Shown piece after piece: positions 48,789 through 62,732 of a DNA stretch of 64,000 nt. The number at the start of each line of letters is the position of its first letter. Position 1 is the stretch's first letter. The stretch lies in the NCBI RefSeq assembly GCF_001194135.2, contig NC_068990.1, positions 49,255,583 to 49,319,582 of the forward strand. The letters run 5' to 3'. Below the pieces are notes generated by a model. The model searched no databases, was not told the DNA's origin, and was given only the letters and a program-made list of their open reading frames with translations. The DNA comes from Octopus bimaculoides (taxonomy: Eukaryota). The position numbers and the translations under genes are program-made.

Positions 48789-49378
48789 CAGCAGTACTCA
48801 ACTCTGCCTAGGTTTTGTACCTAAAGTAAATTTAATCACAAAATTTCACTATATTTTGAATAAATTTCTTTGAAAAGATGATGCACACAATCTTGAATTG
48901 GTCTGAGAATATTGGTTAACAAAGTATTGGTTGTTGTATCCAAGCAGTTCAGATGGTTCAAATCATATTTCATTAAGATTGAAAAAAAAAAAAATAAAAA
49001 ATAGAAAGAAAAGGAAAAAATATATAGAACCAGAAATAAATTTTTTTCCAAGTACTTAGTAATTTACATAATTAAACAATTCAACTGCACTGCTGGGGAT
49101 TATAAAACAAGAACTAAACGCAGTGTGGTCTACAACTTGGATCATACATACCAAGAGGATGTGCACATGGAATGTATTAGTTTGATGCTCGGTAAAGGTG
49201 GAAAAAAGAGAATACCTATATATATGAGAAAAAGAATGATATGAGTGTGCTTTAAATTGAAAGAAATTATTGTATATCTTGTTAATAACTTCCGAAATGA
49301 CAATTTTGTTTTTGTGTACCTTAATGATGCACTTAAATAGACAATATTTCTTGTTACATTATTTGCTTTATATTCTAG

Positions 49379-49451
49379 GCTGGTGGATCTAGTGCTCTTT
49401 TGATGGACTTAGCTGCTAATGAAAAATCAGTGCACCGTGATTTTTATAATG
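49379..49451 (+). CDS. COPS9: COPS9 exon 2
   Basis: tattctag|[24 protein letters not shown](D)|gtatgt; phases 0/1. Confidence 0.96.
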
Positions 49452-50451
49452 GTATGTTTAATGCTAGTTATATTGTTTAAATTTGACCACATTGTCATAA
49501 ATATATACAAATTATTTTATAAAGTGCATCAACACTTTTATTTTGAATACCTAGAATCCATTTCTTTTAGAAATTGTTTTAACTTATATTGATAACTTTA
49601 TCTATTTTTGAAAATTTTGAAATTCATCTACATTTGAACAGAGACTCTGTTTAAAAATGGGATGATTTGGAAAACAATCATTTTTATCAATTACTATGTT
49701 TTGTGCAGTTTCATACCACTGATATTGATTTCTTTCATCACTACAAAGTCAAACATTTATAAAGAGTACAGCATCACTCGCTTAGATGAATTACACAGGT
49801 CTGCCACATCAAAGCCCTATTTGTCTTAGTATTCCATTAACTCATCTATGTGTTTGAGCATCCTTAAAGGTCTCTCACCTCATCACTTCTTTCACAAGTA
49901 TACTTCATTTATGAAACATGGCCCTTGTACATCCAGGGATTACGCTCTATTCATATCACGCATCCCTAGCCATAATATCAGCCAATAACTTTTAATGTCT
50001 AGTCACTCTTTCAGTTCACTTGTAATTTGGTTTTCATGCAGATATTATGACACTTATATTGTATCTCTACTTCAAATACCACTACTGTAATGGCTTTTAC
50101 TTATTGGAGCTGGTTAGACTCCTGTCACTTAAGTATTTCTACCCCGCTCACTTCTATCAAATTAATCCTAATGCCCAGTTTGTCCCTGAACATTGACTCT
50201 CTGAAATTCCCTTTCTATTCATGATTTTTCTGCAGGTACTGTTTTACAAAGGTTCAAAAGGAACATTAATTTCACCTGTCTAAGAGGGCCTGTGAAGACC
50301 GTAGGTACTGCTCCTTCTTCTAGACTCAACAGGTGTGGGTGTGGTTAAAAAGTTTGCTTACGTCTCTTAACCATTTGGTTTTCAGTTCAATCCCCCTGTG
50401 CAACACCTTGTATGTGTGTATATATAAATGCACACACACACACACACATAA

Positions 50452-50787
50452 ATCATCATCATCATCATCATCATCGTTTAACGTCCGCTTTCCATGCTAG
50501 CATGGGTTGGACGATTTGACTGAGGACTGGTGAAACCGGATGGCAACACCAGGCTCCAATCTAATTTGGCAGAGTTTCTACAGCTGGATGCCCTTCCTAA
50601 CGCCAACCACTCAGAGAGTGTAGTGGGTGCTTTTACGTGTCACCCGCACGAAAACGGCCACGCTCGAAATGGTGTCTTTTATGTGCCACCCGCACAAGCC
50701 AGTCCAGGGGCACTGGCAACGATCTCGCTCGAAAATCCTGCAGGAGCCAGTCAGGCGGTACTGGCAACGGCCACGCTCAAAATGGTA
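50452..50787 (-). mobile_element. RTE LINE 3' UTR copy
   Basis: (CAT)n tail, same core as 47838-48210. Confidence 0.88.
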
Positions 50788-50927
50788 AATGTATATTATT
50801 ATTTATTAATAACAGTTTGATTCAGCTCTATGCCATGTAAAGTTTCATAAGTTCATTGATCAACTGCCTATGCATGACAAGTATAGCAAGCCTATGAAAC
50901 TGTAAGTTGTATGGAACCAAATCAATT

Positions 50928-52490
50928 ATCATCATTTAACATCTATTTTCTGTGCTGGCATGGATTGGACTGTTTGACTGAAGCTGGCCAGCTGAAGGCT
51001 CCATGTTTGTTTTGGCATCGTTTCTATGGCTGGATGCTCTTCCTAATGCCAACCACTTTACAGAGGGTACTGAGTGCTTTTATGTAGTTCTGGTATGGGT
51101 ACTTTTTATGTGGCACCAGCACCCATGGACCTGCAAGATTAGGATTGCTTAGCTAAAGAGGGATGCAGGGAACATGCCTGTATACAAAGAAAACCACAGC
51201 AAACTGCCAGGAGTCGCGATGCCTTGTCATCCCCTCTGTGAGGCCTGATGTCTCAAGATCCTTACTCACTACTTCATACCACATCTTCCTGGTTCTACCC
51301 CATCTACATGTTCCTGCCACAATTAGAGATCAGCACTTCTTGATGCAATAGTTTCATTCATATGCATTACATGTCTGTACCAACTCAGTCTTCTCTCTTA
51401 CACACTACCTCTGATACCTCGTATACCTAGTTTTTCTCTCAAATCATTTACACTCTTTCATATATGCACACCAACATTACCCATCCATCGGAGCATACTG
51501 GCTTCATTTCTTTCAAGCCTTCGCATGTCTTCAGTAGTCACAGCCCATTTCTCTCTACCATGTGGCATAGCTATTCATACACAGGCAACATACAATCTGC
51601 CTTTCACTCTGAGGGAGAGGCCCTTTGTTACTAACAGAGATAGTAACCCTCTAAACTTTGCCAGCCTATTCCTATTCTTGCAGCTATGCGTTCAGAACAG
51701 CCTCCATCACTGCTGACTTGATCACCTAAGTAACAGAAACTCTACTACTTCTAAGGATCCCCCTTGACATTTGAGGGAGTCTATTTTTTTTTTATACATT
51801 CTTGATGTTTAAATGTACCTGCACATCTGCCACATGTAAAGGACTACTTTCTCTATTAGTTTTTCACCTCTTACGTGTCCATAGCTTGGACTGAGTACAC
51901 TGTATGGAGTTTCTTCTGACACCTTTTCTACATATTGAGCAGGGCCATCTCCCTGAAGGGATATATGATATGTCTGTTTTGCTACTTATTAGGACTTTGG
52001 TCTTTGCTAAATTAATTCTAAAGCCCTTTGATTGCAGTCTTTGTTTCCATACCTGAAATTTCTTCTCTGGTAGTGATTCAGCAATAAGAACAAGCTCATC
52101 AGGGTAGAGGAGCTCCCAAGGGTAGCCAGTCTTGAATTCCTCTGTTATGGATTGGAGAACTATGATTAACAAGAGGGGGCTAAGGGATTACCCTAGTGGA
52201 CTCCTACTTATACACTAAATTCCTTGCTATACTCATTGGGAACTTTCATCTTACTAACAGCATCTCTGTACATGGCTTGTACAACTCTCACCAATCATTC
52301 ATCTATTCCTAGCTTCTGCATTGCCTACCAGATAAGCAAGCAGGGGACCCTATCAAAGGCTTTCTTCATGTCAACAAAAGTCAGATACAGTGGTTTATTT
52401 TTGGCTAAGTACTTTTCCTGCAGTTGCCTCACTAGGAAGATAACATCAGTGGTACTTCTACCTGCACAAATTCAAACTGCATTTCATTTA
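50928..52490 (-). mobile_element. Degenerate RTE LINE fragment
   Basis: ELLYPDELVL, GFRINLAKTKVL, GRWPCSICRKGV; tail at 50928. Confidence 0.88.
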
Positions 52491-52499
52491 TGCTAATTC

Positions 52500-52750
52500 T
52501 GAGACCTTTGGCAGTATGCTGTGCTTGAGAAGAAGACCCATCAAGCCAAGTGAAATCGTAGTCATGGCAGATACTGGTATCATGCAACTGGCACCCATTA
52601 CACTCTCAGAGTGGTTTGCATTAAGAAGGGCATCCAGCCTGTAAAAATCATGCCAAATTAAACTGGAGTCTAGTGCATCCCCTCAGCTTACCAGCCCTAG
52701 TCAAACTGTCCAATCCATGCCAGCATGGACAACAAACATTAAATGATGAT
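52500..52750 (+). mobile_element. RTE LINE 3' end, opposite orientation to 50928-52490
   Basis: aagaagggcatccagc...aaatgatgatg. Confidence 0.8.
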
Positions 52751-53095
52751 GTAACAAAAGCAAAGTTTTGAAAGAAATATTAGCAAATAGGAAATAACAA
52801 TTGCTACACAAGGACAAAAATCGTGTTAGTTTTATTTAATGTCTATTTTCCATGCTGGTTTGACTTCTATCTTACTGGGTCCCTCTCTCTTACAAAACCC
52901 ATCCACTAAGTTATGGGGATGTAAACAAAGCAACACCAATTGTGAAGCAGTGTGGTAGGTACTAACCTCAAAGACAGATACACATTCACATGTAACAGGC
53001 TTTTGCTTTCTGTCTCCAAAATTTTAATCTGAATATTTTTCTTTTGATCTTGTCACATTCTCTTTTAACACTCATTTTTTTTCTTTGCATTTCAG

Positions 53096-53133
53096 ATTTT
53101 GAAGATCTCTTTGATGATGATGATTTAATCTGA
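53096..53133 (+). CDS. COPS9: COPS9 exon 3 (DFEDLFDDDDLI*)
   Basis: ttgcatttcag| acceptor, conserved acidic C-terminus, TGA at 53131-53133; total 59 aa; AATAAA near 53216. Confidence 0.96.
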
Positions 53134-53995
53134 CCCGTTGCCGACTTGTAAAATATTTATTTCCATTTTTAACTTGCTTTTTATTAAAGTATTTGAGAAA
53201 TTCAATGTCTTTCCTCAATAAATCCTGAAAGTCTTTCCTTACTCTATCAAAAGAAGTTAATTTTTAGAAATTAAGTCAATCATTTTGCTGCTGTTTATAT
53301 GATGGATATGAAAGATTCAAACTTCAAATATATAGAACTCATCTGCAAAGTTAAATTTTCAAAATAAAATCAGAAGGTCAATAATATTTTTAAGTTTCTT
53401 TTGGTTATTTAACACCTGCCTAATAAATTATGTTAATACAATATGGTTGTTTAGAATTTCCTTTTTAATATTGTTATGAGCTCTTAAGGTTATTATCAAG
53501 ATTCATTAATGCATATTTGCCTCTTAGCCTATTATGCCAATTCTAAATGTAGAAGCAGCTGCCACATATTTAATTGAGCTATTATTTCTCACTAGAAAAT
53601 GCACTTTAGGAATATAATCAGTCACTTAGATTTGTCTTATTCACCAAACAACTTTCCCTGGAGAATGCAAACAGTTTTCTAGAATTGTATCATTATCAGT
53701 AATAGATGAGATTAATCTTAGAAGCTATTTGGAGCATTTATTGCTACATTAATTTCTTATCGAATAAAAACTGTATAATTTCAGTTTCTGTCAGAAAGAC
53801 ATATCATGACTATTGTATTTCCCCCTTTTCAGAGGTCATATGTTAATGTCTTTCTTTCTTTGCCTGTTTTTAGCTATTTTAAATACCTTGACATTTCATG
53901 GCTTGTGAGCAGCCTTCAACTTTTTCTTTTCCCCAACCCGATATTTACATGTTACTATTTATAGCTCTATGTACTTTGAGATCCACTGTTCAAAA

Positions 53996-54038
<43 letters not shown>

Positions 54039-54756
54039 CCTAAGAGATCTTATCAACATGTCCAATGCTGGATTTTCTAATTATTAAACTAAAGAGAACT
54101 TTCATAATTCATGAGTAAAACTACTGTAATCAATTAATCTGGACAGCTTTACTATTTTCTCTTTCAACAGTTTTCAGATATTCTCAATGTAACACTACAT
54201 TTACACATTAACAATGTTCCTTAATTGATGTATAATGATGCCAGCTGTTCTGTTAGTGAAGTACTTCAAAAACTGTAGTTTTGTCGGGGGTGAGATTCTC
54301 TTTTCCTAAACACATTTATATTAAGTACAAATTATTTTGAATATTTTGATAGTTTCTCTAATATATTTTCCCTTATTATTAGTAGTAAACACTGAGCTAT
54401 CAAACAATTTATTTAACAAATAGTATTTGCTTCACTGTTATTTCTTTCTCTGAGGTGGAAGATTTCTCTCTATTTAGAGTTAATAATTCTATCCCACCCT
54501 TGTATCGATAATGATTTTGACATTTTATAAGTTCATTTAATTACATGTGTATGAATAAGCAAAAATTAATTCCTTATTGACAATGAAGTTGATATATTCT
54601 TTCGGTGTCATTTTAAGACAAGTATGAGGTCACATAAAAATGTTAGTTTGTTCTTTAACACCAGGTCAACTGTTTAAGCAGATCTGTAATCAAAAGCTTT
54701 CCCAATGTGACCACCCCACCTTACCTTGTTTTTAGGAATTTTTTTTTTTTTAAATA

Positions 54757-57700
54757 TGTTGTAAAGTAGGTTCCTCCCACTGGTGTGATGTGTGACTGCC
54801 ATTGTACTGTAGTTGCTGTTTTACGCTAGTAGCCACAATAGCTACTAGTCATCGGATACCATTGTATCTCTTTATATCTGAATAGTAATACACTGACTAG
54901 AACTGTTGACTCTCTTGACGACTGGCTACTGGTCTATTTATAATGGCTGCTTCCTACCACACATCACACCAGTGGGAGGAACCCACTTTACAACATATTT
55001 AAATTTTAAAAAAAACATTATTCCTAAAAACAAGGTAAGGTAGGGTGATCACATTGGGAAAGCTTTTGATTACAGATCTGCTTAAACAGTTGACCTGGGA
55101 GGGGTATACAGTTTCACTACACATCTCCCCTTTTAATTATTTAATTTAACAATCAATTTCTTTTATTCACCCCACCACCTCCTACTTTTTTTCTTTCTTA
55201 TATATATATTCAATATCTTTTCTTCTTAGGGTCTACTTTTAGGAATTCAGTGTTTTTTCCTTGTATGTGTGATTTTGGCTTGTACCAGGGTTGGAACCTG
55301 AAAAGTGTCATATAGCCAATCCATCGGTATTTCTACTCTTGTTGGTTCCTTTTCTATGACTCTTTCCTTAAGCTGATTTCTATGTCTCCTTTCCATTCCA
55401 TTTCTGCTTCTTACATCATACATCATTCTTCCTACATATGTTACAATTTCTCCTTCCCAGTATTACTTGCCATTTTTGTACATTCTTACATATACCTTAT
55501 CACCAATTCTAAAGAATTTTGGCATGTCTTTACTAGCACGTATTTTTTCTCTTCACTGGTAACAATTTATCAAATACTGATTTCACCTTTCTGGCAAACA
55601 TTAATTCTGTTGGAGGGCTTCCTTCTGATACATTTGGGTTCAAAGTTACCCTGTATAGCCTTAAGAATTGTTGGATCGCAACCTTGTCCATAGCTTCCTT
55701 ATTAGCTTTCTTTAAAGCTTTGTTAAAGGGGTCCACAAACCATTCAGTCTTTCCATTCGATCTAGGGTGATACGGTGCTATAATTTTATGTTCTAACATA
55801 AACATCTCACAGGATATAAACTGTGTTCTGTTATCAGAGACAATTATATCCAGTACACAAAATCTTGTGAACAGCTCATGTAAGAAGTTCATTACTGTAA
55901 ATAAGGTTGGTCGTTTACAAATCGCGACCTCAGGCTGTTTTCTGTAGCTGTCTCACTACTATTAAGTAGTAATATCCATTTACTGGCCTGTAATTGGGAC
56001 CATGGTATTTTCACTTCCAGCCAAGGTTCACATTTTGTAGAAAACTGGTTGATAAAAGTAAATAAAGAAAGGTTCAATGCAAAGAACTGCTAAGATAGTT
56101 TTACTGCCAATGCACATCCTCTGCAGCCATTTTCCAGGTTATCAACTTCTTTGTCCATGCTTGGCCAGTATACGAAACTTCACATCAGCGTTTTCATTCT
56201 AGAGATACCTGAGTGTCTCACATGGAACTCTTTTAGCATTCTCTTCTGTAACATCTGTGGTATGACCACCCTCTTAGTGTACATTAGTACACCATCACAT
56301 CTTAGTACTTGCTCACATCTTGGCAGTTCTTTGCATCAGACCTTTCTTTATTTACTTTTATCCACCACAGTTTTCTGTTTGTCTCATTAATAAATTTGTC
56401 ATTTCTTTTTATTTCTTCTAAAATTACTGGTAGTTTACGCACAATGTTCCACATTACTTTTATGTTTCTGCTTTTAGCGCTGCTATTATGTTGTCCTCCA
56501 GCAGTTCGTTATTTCTCAGAATTAACCTAGACACACCATCTGCATGCCCCAACTTCTTTGAAGACAGATATTCCATTCTATAATCATAGTTTAATAGAAT
56601 GGTACCCCACCGCTGCAGTCTGTTTGCCATATATGTCAGGATTCCTTTCTTGGATCCATATATCATTATTAGATACCAAAAATGTCTGCCATGAATGAGC
56701 CTATGGAACTTTTTCATGCCAAATATAATAACCAACACCTCTTTTTCAATCTGGCTCTTGCTCTTTGCTGCTGGCAATAATGTCCCTGATGTGTAAGCTA
56801 TAGCTTTTCTCCTGCCATCATAATCCTTGTGTAGGAGCACAGCTTCTATCCCATACTCACTAGCATCTGTAGAGTATTATCTCTAACTTTGGGTCAAAAT
56901 GCATAAGATACAAGTCTGAAGTTAATACATCTTTTAACTCAAATGCTTTCTGACATTTCTCTGTCCAAACCCATTTGGGATATACACTTGGTAATAAATT
57001 TACCAAGCCTAGGAATGCTTGTAGCCTTGTCACGTTCATTGGGGACAGCATATTTTGTACTGTTATTGCTCTTGATGGTTCCAGTCTGTGTTCACTTTCA
57101 TCAATTACTTGACCTAGGCATTTTATTTTTTCCATCAAAAATTTGCATTTTCCTTCTGCCAGTTTTAGCTCATATTCACTTATTCTCTTGAATATTTTCT
57201 TTATCAAAATGTCATCAAGGTATACGATGGCGAAGTCACAATCACTTAACATCGCATCCATTATTTGTTAGAATATGGCAGGTGCCACTTTTACTCCAAA
57301 CAGCAATCATTTGAATTTGTACAATCCACAGTGTGTTGATTGTTAATAGATGTGTGTAATCTTCCTCTAGCTGAATTTGAAGGTACATCTTTTTCTTTAT
57401 GTAGATCGCTGGTGCTGCCCAGTCTGCATAATCTTTACAATTATATTCAGGCTTTCCAATCTTTCTAGTTCTTTATTGACCTAGTCTACTGCCACAAATG
57501 GCCCATTCCATTTGGGCTTGAAAATAGGTGTTGAATTTTCTTTGATAATAATCCTTGCTTTTGTTTTTGTGCATCAGCCTAACCCTTTCAAAAAATCTTT
57601 TGGGAAAGTTTCTCTCATTTTTTTGTCTCAGTTCATCAACCTCGTTCAATCATTTGACTGCTCCATTTACATTATTGCACAAAACGCTTATGGGTGTATC

Positions 57701-59283
57701 CCATAAATTAAATTTCTCCACACATTCTGTGCCAAATAAGTTTATGGATTTTTTCAACACATAAGCATTCAATTTTTTGGTTCAACCTTTGAACATTATA
57801 TTACAAATGCGTTCGCCTGTGAAATATAATTTTCTTCCTGTAACACCATACACTGTTTTGTTTGGACTACATAATTGGTTTACCCATTTGTACTAATGTG
57901 ATGTCACTTCCTGTGTCTAATTCTCAAATTCACGAATTTTCTGTTTGTTGTAGTCACAACTCTCCCTACTGACAAACTATTTATATTTTCTTGTTTGTTC
58001 TATTTCCCTATCATTCTAGTTTTGCAGTGCAGTTTTATATGCCCTGTAAACCTGTAGTGAAAAAACTTTGCTTTTTTTATACAATCTTTTTTCAGGTGCA
58101 TCCCACCACATGCCATACATGGGTCTACATCTCAATATTTTTTCTGACTTTTTTTTGCACTGGTCTTATAGGAAAACACACTTTCCATTGAATTTCTTCC
58201 AAGTCATGCTTTGATTCTAATATGTCACACTCTTCCAACAATTTCTGCAATGTTAAATCCCAGTTCATTTCCAGTTTTGCTAGAATTTTCATTCGGATTT
58301 CTCCATTCCTGTCAATCCTTGTGCAAAAATCAAACACTTGAAAGAATCTGGAGTAAGCATATCCAGTCTAAGTTTTTCACATTCTTTGTTGGCTTTGCCT
58401 GTATAAGTAGTGAATTCTTCGTCTTTGCTCTTTTCTATGTTTAAACATTTCCATCTAGTATTAAACAGTGAGTTCTTTTCACTAAACATTTTGTACAAAA
58501 TGTCAACTATGTTGGTGAAATTTGTTAAATGCTTTTTTGTGGCAATATAAAGTTACTATAGTTCTCATGCCCTGTTGTCACTAGTTTTCTTAAAACTAGA
58601 CACGTTTGCATTTTGTCTGTCCAATCCCAGCATTCTTTTTCAAACATTTGTTCAAATCTTTGAAAGTAAGCTTTGAAGATTATTCCTTCTTCAAGATCAT
58701 ATTTGAATTCGCTTATGGAATTTGCTACATGGTTAGGTGAAAATATATTCTCCAGTTTGGTTATCAACTTCATTAGTTGTAACATTTGCTGCTACAATCC
58801 TTGTTGTTGCTGTTTTTGCAACTCAACTACCCCAGCTAACAAGTCTTCCATATTTTATGCTTTTCATAAGTTTGCATAAGGTTTTTGTTTCTTTTTTGTC
58901 GAGTTATTTAATTTTCCACATGAATTAGTTTAAACTCTCCATGTGAATGTTTTTTTTTTTTTCACTGCGTAAATTTGTTTTTCCTCATCACTGCTGTAGT
59001 AAGGTGGGTTCCTCCCACTGGTGTGATGTGTGACTGCCATTATACTGTAGTTACTGTTTTACGGTAGTAGCCACAATAGTTACTAGTCATCAGATACCAT
59101 TGTATCTCTTTGTACTGTAATAGTAATACACTAACTTCTTCTGTCTTACTACCGCTGATAGCTCCACAAGACACTGACTAGAACTGTTGACTCTCGACCC
59201 TCTCTTTACAACTGGCTACTGGTTTATTTAGAATGGCCGTTTCCTACCACTTTTTACTGGGAGGGGTATACAGTTTCGCTATA
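54757..59283 (-). mobile_element. Degenerate Ty3/Gypsy LTR retrotransposon
   Basis: LTRs 58995-59283 and 54757-55121 (the latter rearranged), PPT next to 55122; gag, RT (IVYLDDIL), RNase H (SQIEKE) and integrase (IVSDNRTQF, YHPRSNG) remnants. Confidence 0.93.
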
Positions 59284-59911
59284 CAACAAAATGGCACATG
59301 TTGTTTGAGAGAAATTTGCTTGCTATTTCTAGCAGATTGAGTGACTGTAGTAGGTACTCATAAAATTTATATATATTGATAGTTACAACTTTATTTAAAT
59401 GATACCAACTACAAACATGCAAGACTTTTGTAGATAAAAATATAAATAATCAATATCTTATCTTATTTAGTTATGAAGTATGTAATCATATTCCTTATCT
59501 TTGATGTATTTTATATTGTCATAGCAAATGCTCTTTCAGACATCAATATTTTATATTTGAGCTAAATGTCTCTGCTACTTTTACAACCTTGCATTCACTT
59601 GCTATTGACAGAGCACAAACCTGGCTTTAGTTAATGGATTGTAGCATAATGTAACACTGCCATGATGAGGTTGGTCTATCACTTTTACTCTAGTACATAT
59701 TTTTAAGTCTAACAATCTCTTTATCAAAATACTTAATTACAGGGGGTGTCAGGAAACCAACTCTTGGTTGTCCAGCTGACACACATGCACAGATCATCAT
59801 CATTTTAATGTTCACTTTTTCATACTTGTATGGGTCAAACAGAATTTGTTGAAGCTGATTTTCTATAACTTGATGCTTTTCCTGTCAGCAACTCTTTCAC
59901 CTGTTTCCAAT

Positions 59912-62732
59912 TGTCGTAAACTAATTTAAAAGAAGGTTTTTGCTCACCGTCTAATCCATTAATCATGGCTGTCCAATGATTAAGACTCGTTTTATATTAG
60001 GTAAAGAAAGCATCCATCTATCAATGTCATTCTACACTATGCTGCATTTTCGTACTCAGTACAAAATATATCTATATTTTTATCTATTATTTACTATTGT
60101 AGAAAGGAATTAATGATAGGATATTATAATTCATAACACTCTTCCCTGCTGAGTGAAAAAGTCAGTCATGGTGCATCCGAAACATATAGTCCTTTAGATA
60201 AAAAGGGGTCTTGATAATTTGTCCCAATCTGAGTTTTCACATCTCTTTTTGTCCTTGAATAGCTGATGTTTGTTACTCATATTATTCTCATCCAGGTACA
60301 CTTTGCCAGTTTTGTTGCCCATAATATTCTCATTCAGGTACTCTTTGCCGGTTGCTAATCTACTCGCGTTTTCATGTGCCGGACTGTGAACTCCATTTCT
60401 TTATGTTGGTTCTATTGGTGCACTGTTGTGGTCGGTTCTTTGTTTATTGATTATTTGTGGATCTTGTAGTTCTGTGTCAAACTCTGTCGAGTTGACTCTA
60501 GTTGTGTTTGTGTGCTATCGTTGCTTCCTTGATTGATAGATTGTCCTACTGGAGCAAGATTGTGTATTGACACTGTATCTACTCATCCATTTCCAAATTG
60601 TACGGAGAAATCGTCTCCAACAATTTAATGTTTTCTACAAGAGGATCCTCCTTATTTCTGAGATGTCAACAATGCAGGATTGTGCTTCCAGTATTCTGGA
60701 GGAATTCAGGTAGAATGGTTCTCACTGTTGATGAACTTGAAAATTTAAACATTCACTCATGAAGGGTTGTGTTGGTAGCTGTACAGAGGATTCTTCTCAT
60801 GACTGCTTGTGCCATAGGAAGGGCTGTCAACCATTGTCCTTTATCGAGTTGTAGAGAACTAAGTGCTAGATTTATGGTCTTCATGAGGGTTCTGTTGGTC
60901 CTTTCACATTGGCCATTGCCTCAAGATCGATAGGGGGATGCAGGTGGGAAATTACTGTTTCAATACTCGTGTCTTTGCATGGGTATGCAAACAGGAACCT
61001 TGAGTACTCATCAACTATTACCAATAAGTCGCAGTATTGTGTGGTTGATGTCAGGGGACCAACAAAATTGATTGAGAGGCATTCCCATAGTCTCGGTGCC
61101 TGTATTAACTGACCCATAAAGGGCTTGTGGAAGTTGGGTTTGTTTGTCGCATGTAGAGCAAGCAAGTGTCATTTCACAGATTTCATAGAGGGAGAACGGC
61201 AGGTCACTTTTGTATGGCACAGTTGTGATGAGTTACCGGTGTTGTAGTGTCTCTTGTTGCTGCACATCTTGATAGCACATTTGCTTTGTTTTGAGTTCCT
61301 GATCTGTAGTAGATTGTGTAATTTATATCTGAGAGGTCCAAGTGCCAGTATATAAGTTTTTGATTTTTGACATCCCTTGCTTATTGAAGACCATTGCTAA
61401 TCAGTGTTGATTGGTGATGGTGTTGCAGTATGGGGAAGCATGTATTAGGTGGTCCCATTTGTGACCTCATTCTATGATTGCACAGGCTTTTCTCTTGATG
61501 ATGGATTGGTGTTTTTCTGTCTTTGAAAGGGACCTTGAATAGAAGGCCTCTAAGCCTTCCTTGTGATGGCATCCCTCCCAAGGCTAGGTTGGAAGCATCT
61601 GTTCTGATGGTAAGTGGTATTCTGAGTAGTGGAACGGCCAGTATGACCTTTACCAATGCAACTTGAGAGATGCAATTGTTTTTACTTCTTCTGGCAGTCC
61701 TACTTTGTTGATATTTTCTCTGGTTCTTGAAAGTGGAATGGTGAGTTGGGAACACTGAGGTATTCACTTTGCATAAAATGCAAAAATGCCTATCATTCAA
61801 TTTAGTTTTCTGTGATATGCAGCTGACATGTTGTTGAAAAACCTTGTTTGCTGCTATTTCATTTAGAAGATCATTGATCTGATGGGTAGTGTAGGCATCC
61901 AGTTGTATTTAGATATTTATAGTGTTTGAGTAGTTGATCACCAGTCTTTTCTTCCTTCCATTAGATGTCACAAGGCATTGAGCTTGCCAAGGACTATGGT
62001 TTTCCTGAATATCCTCTGAAAGTAACCTGTCTATTTCGTGCTTAATAAACTCTGTGTCTCTAGGTCTGCATCTTGAAGTTGTAGTAATTGGTTTCAGCTT
62101 AGAGATCTTAATGCCTGGAAATAGTTCATACGCGATGCATTTGAGGCTTGACATAGACATGCAGAATGACACAGGCTTGTGTGTGACTACCGAGTGTTGA
62201 CAGAGGATATCGACTCCGATGGTGATTGGAGTTACAAAGTAGTCAACCACAAGGAAATTAATGTTGTGTTATTTCCTAGTTGTAGTTTGCTACTGAATTT
62301 GCCTTTAGTCTCCAGTGCTGTGTTGTTGACTAGGCTAACTTTTTCTGGAGTGGTATGATTGTATGGTAATCCCCAGGCTGCAAGAAGATTCGTTTCTATA
62401 AATGTCCTGTGCATTGTTGCCCTTAGTCTAGTAGAGTCCTCTCAAACACCTTGGCATCCATTTAGATAAAGTTTGAATAAAATTTGTTGTAAACCAATTC
62501 AAAAGAAAGCTTTAATTCAAACTTTGTTCTGCTCGCTGCCTAATCTGTTAATGATGGCTGTCAAAGATTAAGAAACATTATTTTATATTAGGTAAAAACA
62601 GCATCCTTTTATCAAAGTCATTCTACATTACACCACATTTTTGTACTCAATACAAAATATGATATCTATATTATCATCTATTATTTACTGTTGTAGAAAG
62701 GAATTAATGACAGGATATTGTAATTCATAATA
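59912..62732 (-). mobile_element. Internally deleted Gypsy element (~2.8 kb)
   Basis: LTRs 59912-60138 and 62485-62732, PPT ctcttccct; protease, RT start (SPWQAQ), RNase H (TDASN) and integrase (VIVDEYSRF) remnants. Confidence 0.85.

Noticed and set aside
53995-54036. Long poly(A) runs (also ~43997-44034) as processed-pseudogene tails
   Set aside because: No upstream recognisable cDNA or TSD; treated as homopolymers.
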